From the NCBI RefSeq assembly GCF_021028975.2, contig NC_059438.1:21204001-21268000 (forward strand): a stretch of DNA of 64,000 nt, read 5' to 3'. Below, one piece after another: positions 58,699-64,000 of the stretch. The position numbers were made by a program, and so were the translations under genes. The notes beneath the pieces were generated by a model. That model worked only from the letters and a program-made list of their open reading frames with translations, did no database searches and was not told the DNA's origin. How positions within the stretch are numbered: position 1 is the stretch's first letter; every line of letters begins with the position of its first letter. The stretch is from Sphaerodactylus townsendi. Its lineage: Eukaryota.

Positions 58699-61147
58699 TA
58701 GGGAGAGGCCGGCTTTGGACATTACTGCTAGATTCTCTCCAGAGGTTTTTGTTGGACTGTGAGTTTGAACAGGGGCTGCTGTGGCATTGGGGCCAGTTCA
58801 AGAGAGGCAGAGGTGATTATTCACTGTGGCAAGACAAAAAGTCCTGTGAGATGTGTCAAGGCTAACAGACTGAAAGTACAGACCTGTGCTGACAGTTGGA
58901 TCCTTAGCTGCTTTACTCAGAATTCTACTGAAGTGAACTCAGTGGGGCTTTCTGCCAGGAAACTGTCGTTAGTATTGTACTGTGACTGACTCGGCTCTAA
59001 ACCTATTGAAACAAATGGTTTTAGATTGCATTCATTCTGCATAGGAATGCAGGGATGCTATGAGAGAAACACTTTAATGGATTGGAGCCCATCAGATATC
59101 TCAAGTAGTCGCTTAAGGAGGTTAGTGCATACACCCCAAGTATGTGGAGAATAGCCAGGGTGGTATGGTAGTTAGAATTTGGCCAGGATTTGGCAGATCC
59201 CTGCCCTGCCATGGAATCTCACCAGGTGAACATGGATTAGTCACACACACACACTCAGCATAAGCTACTTCCTAGAGTGGTTTTAGAGATCTAATGGAGG
59301 AGAAAGAGGTGAGGCACTTTGGGTTTCCATTGGTGGAGAAAAAACTACATTCATGTAAGTAAATTTATAAACATTTTATGTGTTTAGAGTCAGAGTGCAT
59401 CTAAAAAGCAGATCAAAGGATTAGCAATGTGTTTCTGGTAATCAAGCAGAACACAAATGAATATAGTATCCAACAAAAACAAGGACCAAAATGTAGGTTT
59501 ATGACCAGGGATGCAGTTAAGCTGATGCAGGCGAGTATCACAATCTGATAAGGAAGTGGTTCTTCTCTTCTTTTGCTCGGATTCCCCTGAGAGAGACAGT
59601 ATCAGTAAGAAATGTGACTTTCACCCTTGCTTATGATTCACTGCGAGTGAGTGACTACTGGAGGTGACTAAGCAAAGCAAGGTCAGGATGATAAAGGGGC
59701 AGCTTCTTTCCTTTGTTAGCTGGCCATTTCTGGAAGCCACATTCCACAGAGCCCAGGGAATTCCCAGTTGGCAGCTTTGCTCTAGAACCGTTCTGGAAAC
59801 GTGGTTTTCACTGGAATGTGATGGCTTAAAACTCTGCTACACAGTGTCCTGGGAGGCAGAGCCAGACTTGTCTTGCCAAACTAGTTGCCTCACAAATGTT
59901 GGGAAGGTTAGGAAGCGGAGCATAGTAATTATGTCTGCCGCTGGCTGACATGCCAGCTTTTGCTCCATCTCTGACACAATGGGGGCGTCCCACTTGGGGT
60001 TTACTGAGCTAGTAAATTCTGATGGAGCTGTTGTGCAGTCATCCATGTAGGCCATTTGCACCACTTGTCCTTGTGGCATAATGTGTCTGGGAGTTCCACT
60101 GGATTACTGTCGGGCAAAATCATACTCTTATTTATTTTGAGCAAGCTTCCTATCAGTTTCAGTTAATGACTTAAAGTGGTTTGCATTTTGAGACACAGTG
60201 AATAATTTTTTCCAGTGAACTCCATGCATTGATCATAACTGAAGAATTCCTATCTTGTTTGTAGTGCAAATACATTTCTTCTGGAAGGCTTCTGAATCAC
60301 TTTAAGATTCAAGATACAAAAGTGATTGGTCATCCTGGTTCTACAAGGCTGGGGTGCTTATATGCTGTCCAGTTATGGCTGTTGTAGCTTTGACTGCATA
60401 TCCACAAAAGAGCCCGTTATTTGTCCAGCAGCAGTGCTGCCCAGATAGTTCGTGAAAGGAGATTTCTCACATTTCCCAACTGATACTCCATGGTCCTGAA
60501 CATCATGTCCACACACATAAAGCTCCCTTATAGTGTGTCTGCCCAGGTCAGTTTGTCACTTTGACTGCCAGTGTCTCTCCACAGTATCAGGCAGGGATAT
60601 TAAGCATCACCCACTGCCTGATCTTTTTAGCTGAAGATGGCAGGGATTGATCCTGGACCATTCTGTATGTCAAGCAGATTCTCTTTTGAGCCACACCTTC
60701 TCCTCAAGTATAACAGCAGTACAGATACTCAGAAGATTGGAAACTTCCTCCTAAATCTCAGGGGCTGTCATGTATATTACAGAGGGGGAAAATAACACAT
60801 TTAATTTCCTCCTGTAACTTGCAAAACAGGACTCCTTCGCCTCACCAGCACTGAGATCTGGAACCCTAAGGCCAATATATGCGTTGTCACTTTCCATGTA
60901 AGCTTGTCAGGTGAATAACCCTCTGCACAGATGGAACATCCAGAGGCAAACAGATCTGACTTCATTCTTCTGGGAAGTGGGGGTGGCAGGGAGGCCAAAG
61001 ACAGTTCTTGGACACAATTGATAAAGTGGAACTTGGCTGGAGGTGGTTTTTCAGTATTATGTTTGGGTACTATTCTATCCAGATGCCCTCAGACAGAGCA
61101 TAACAATGGACTTGTAGTTCATTGAATTGTTACTCCTTTCTCCTTAG

Positions 61148-61257
61148 GCAGCAGACACCTTGGCAGTGCGACAAAAGAGGCGCATCTATGATATCACAAA
61201 CGTCCTGGAAGGTATTGGGCTGATTGAGAAGAAGTCCAAGAACAGTATTCAGTGGAA
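61148..61257 (+). CDS. E2F4: E2F4 exon 2 ([36 protein letters not shown])
   Basis: 110 nt, RRIYD motif. Confidence 0.97.
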
Positions 61258-61695
61258 GTGAGTACTGATAGATCAGCAGCGACAGAAGGAGACCATGAAA
61301 GCGGGCTTTTATTCTCAGGAGCATTCTGGTGGCAATTGCTCACAAGGTTCCATCGCCATGAGTAGGTCTTTGGGCACTACAGACAGCGCTTGGCTACAAA
61401 AAGAGCTGTGCGTTTAAGCCAGAGGGAAGATCCCCTACACTTTATACCTGAGTGTGAGGGCCAAAATATTAAGCAACTTCTCATTTCGGGGGTGTCTCAA
61501 CTAATAGAAGTAAAAGAGGAAACAGTGGAGGGTGAAATTGATAGAGCCTTCCATATAAATTCTGCAATCAGGTTTCATATTATGTGTGGTGGAAATGGCA
61601 GTGCCCCTGATACCTTCAAAGACCCCTTTGGTGAATGGAGAGGCTGTCTATTTACAGCTCTTGTTCCCCCTCCATTTCCTTCCTTCCCCCTCCAG

Positions 61696-61857
61696 AGGTG
61701 TGGGACCGGGCTGCAACACCCGTGAGATCGCCCATAAGCTGATCGAACTGAAAGCTGAGATCGAGGACCTGGAGCAGCGGGAGCGAGAACTGGAGCAGCA
61801 GAAAATGTGGGTCCAGCAGAGCATCAGGAATGTTTCCGACGATGTCCAGAACAACAG
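61696..61857 (+). CDS. E2F4: E2F4 exon 3 ([26 protein letters not shown]...VQNN)
   Basis: 162 nt, dimerisation coiled coil; ends at the U12 donor ATATCCTTT. Confidence 0.96.
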
Positions 61858-62711
61858 ATATCCTTTCCCTGCACCGTGTTCTGCTTTCATCCCCATTTTT
61901 GCCTCAGACGCTCCTGCTGCAGTGGGCAGGAAGAAAATGTTGGTTCCTGTCCTCTAAAGCAACACTTGAATGACAAGCTAGTTCAGCAAATGTCAAAAAT
62001 TCAAGCATTATCTCTCTGAATCAGGTCTCCATCAGTAGCTAGCACAAGGTCTGAGGGTGGAGATAGCCGCTTCTTGTGGGTAGGTTTCTGCAGCTGGTAA
62101 TCAGATGAGCTGCAACATGTGGTAGAATTTTTTCCTTATAACCCTGTGAGGTAAGATAGACCTGAGAATGTGTGACTAACCCAAGCAAGCTTCTCCGGGA
62201 GCGTGGGGATTCAAATCTGGATTTCCTATATTATAATCCAGCATTCTAACCACAGCAACTTAATAAAGCCTTGGATTTTTTTTCTTAGCAAGCTTGGAGC
62301 AATTCCCAAGGCTTAAAAAAATGACTGAAGTTGGGGGCCTCTTTGATCCCCAACTGGATAAAGTATGCTTTTTAATGTAAGCAAGAGTTAATTAACTTTT
62401 TCATGTCCTTTCTCCATAGAAACTCTCATCCTTCACTATGTTTGTTTCCTTATTGCTAATTTTTAAAAAATCCATATCAAAAGAATTGTCAGTTTTAAAA
62501 CTTCACTCTCTGTTATGTCTTTGTTGACACAGACATACTGAAAGAGGAGAGAGAGGGGTGGGGCTGGATATTACTAGCATTCTGCATATTCTACTGAGAA
62601 AGCTGATTCAAATAATAGGTTTCGTGGAGCTTCCATAGCTGTACCTTTTGTAGATCTTGGAATGATCTCTTTACTACTGGATCCAACAGACTTTTCCTTA
62701 ACTCCAGGAAC
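61858..62711 (+). other. U12-type (minor spliceosome) AT-AC intron, E2F4 intron 3
   Basis: 5' splice site ATATCCTTT, branch TTCCTTAAC at 62694-62702, 3' splice site AC at 62710-62711; splicing restores the frame. Confidence 0.95.
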
Positions 62712-62755
62712 GTTAGCCTATGTGACCGATGAGGACCTCTGCAAATGCTTTGCAG
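62712..62755 (+). CDS. E2F4: E2F4 exon 4 (LAYVTDEDLCKCFA)
   Basis: 44 nt after an AC acceptor; donor G|gtgag. Confidence 0.94.
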
Positions 62756-63573
62756 GTGAGCTGAAGTATCATATCCTAGTTAGGCTTCCCTTCCTCACTA
62801 TTTCTTTGTGTGGTTAATTTTCCCATAGTTGGGTGCTGCTTCTGAAAAGACACAGGCAACTTTTGATTCTCCCAGTGAAGTCTGTTCTATTTCTGCTTCC
62901 ACGTGCACCTTAAAAGTCCTTTTTTTTTTGCTCTTACAAAGCTCCAGACAAGAAGGGTTGGATCCCACAATTCCCTTTCATGTAGTCCAGACCAAGTCTC
63001 ACTTCACTAATGGAAGTCTTCTCTGTCAAAATTATTTAGCTGGAGGCAGTTGCAGGATCCCGCCTAAACTCTTTTCCCTTGGGCCTTTCCTCACCCCCTG
63101 ACTTGACTAAACTGTGGTTTGCCGATTATTTCTGAAGGCAGACCTTGTGCCTAGCCTGATCTTTCAAACAGTTGCTGTGGTAGCATTTATTCTGTGTCAC
63201 CATCTGCTTATTGGATGGCTAGATTATCTTGGCTGAAATTGGCCATGAGTACTCTCAAACAAAACAAAACAGTCTCCAAATGGAGAGTGTTTTGTTTTGC
63301 TTGATTGTGCTTAGGGCTTCACCTCTCCATTTTTTTGAAATTGACCATGCCCTGTATAAAAAATACAAATGCCCTTGGGCGAAATTCACCTGAGGACCAA
63401 AAGGCGGGATGTTCCAGAAAGCATCATACTGATGATTTACAAGGAATGAGGAGGGGACGGCTTAGGAAAAGATACAGGTGGAGTTCTTTTTTGTAGGATC
63501 GTGAGTTCTGTGGCATCCATGTTCTGTGCTTGGGCTAGCTCCGTCTCATGACCACGTTGTTCTTCTATTTCAG

Positions 63574-63635
63574 GTGACACACTGCTAGCCATTCGAGCCC
63601 CATCAGGCACTCAGCTCGAGGTTCCTGTTCCTGAG
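63574..63635 (+). CDS. E2F4: E2F4 exon 5 ([20 protein letters not shown])
   Basis: 62 nt, marked-box region, canonical splice sites. Confidence 0.95.
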
Positions 63636-64000
63636 GTGGGTAGAATGGAGTGGGTTCTTGATAGAAAAAAGCCAATTGCTGGGAGTTGCTTACAGCTGGG
63701 AGGCTTGGTGCGCTTTTGCAATTCTGATGCAGTTACTTTAAAACATTAGTGATGCTGATAATAATTTATAGAAAATTATTTATAGCCTGGATTTCTCTCC
63801 AAGGCAAGTCACAACAGTCTCACAAGAAGAACATTTTAGAGGGTAGCCATCATGGTCTGCATTAGAACTTCTGGATTTGAGTCAAGTAGCATCTTAGAGA
63901 CCAATGGGGTTTTCAACAGAAGCTTTTGAGTCAAAACCTTTCATCAGATATAATATACAAGATACGAAGGTCTCTTCATCAGGAAGATGAGAAAATTTAT

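Larger units (their letters stand above)
56636..63635 (+). other. E2F4: E2F4 partial gene span, exons 1-5 (gene continues beyond the window)
   Basis: join(56636-56764, 61148-61257, 61696-61857, 62712-62755, 63574-63635); reading frame continuous. Confidence 0.95.

Overview
Eukaryotic genomic DNA from a squamate reptile, most likely a gecko, judging from the Squam3-like SINEs with CTT tails and the squamate hAT/Harbinger MITEs. Gene models were built by hand from splice signals and recalled homologues. In order: (1) last coding exon of PSKH1 (+, 7413-7730) with an apparently ~7.6-kb 3' UTR; (2) complete 7-exon CTRL chymotrypsin-like protease (-, 25255->16227, 266 aa, catalytic triad intact); (3) an intronless leukotriene B4 receptor (BLT)-like GPCR (+, 33779-34792, 337 aa) with an atypical HRF motif and an altered ligand pocket, sitting where the gene order departs from human 16q22.1; (4) complete EXOC3L1 with 13 coding exons (-, 53659->38025, 762 aa); (5) exons 1-5 of E2F4 (+, from 56636) including a U12-type AT-AC intron. 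There is one 328-N assembly gap. Non-coding DNA is dense in SINEs, CR1/L2/RTE fragments, Penelope-like remnants (one with a hammerhead-ribozyme core) and DNA-transposon MITEs. Best leads: the divergent BLT-like receptor, and eight ~124-148-bp palindromic MITEs that share one core (carrying the ZNF143/THAP11-type ACTACAnnTCCCA motif) but have six different hAT terminal repeats. Repeat family names and homologue comparisons are from recall, not database searches; repeat boundaries without TSDs are approximate.
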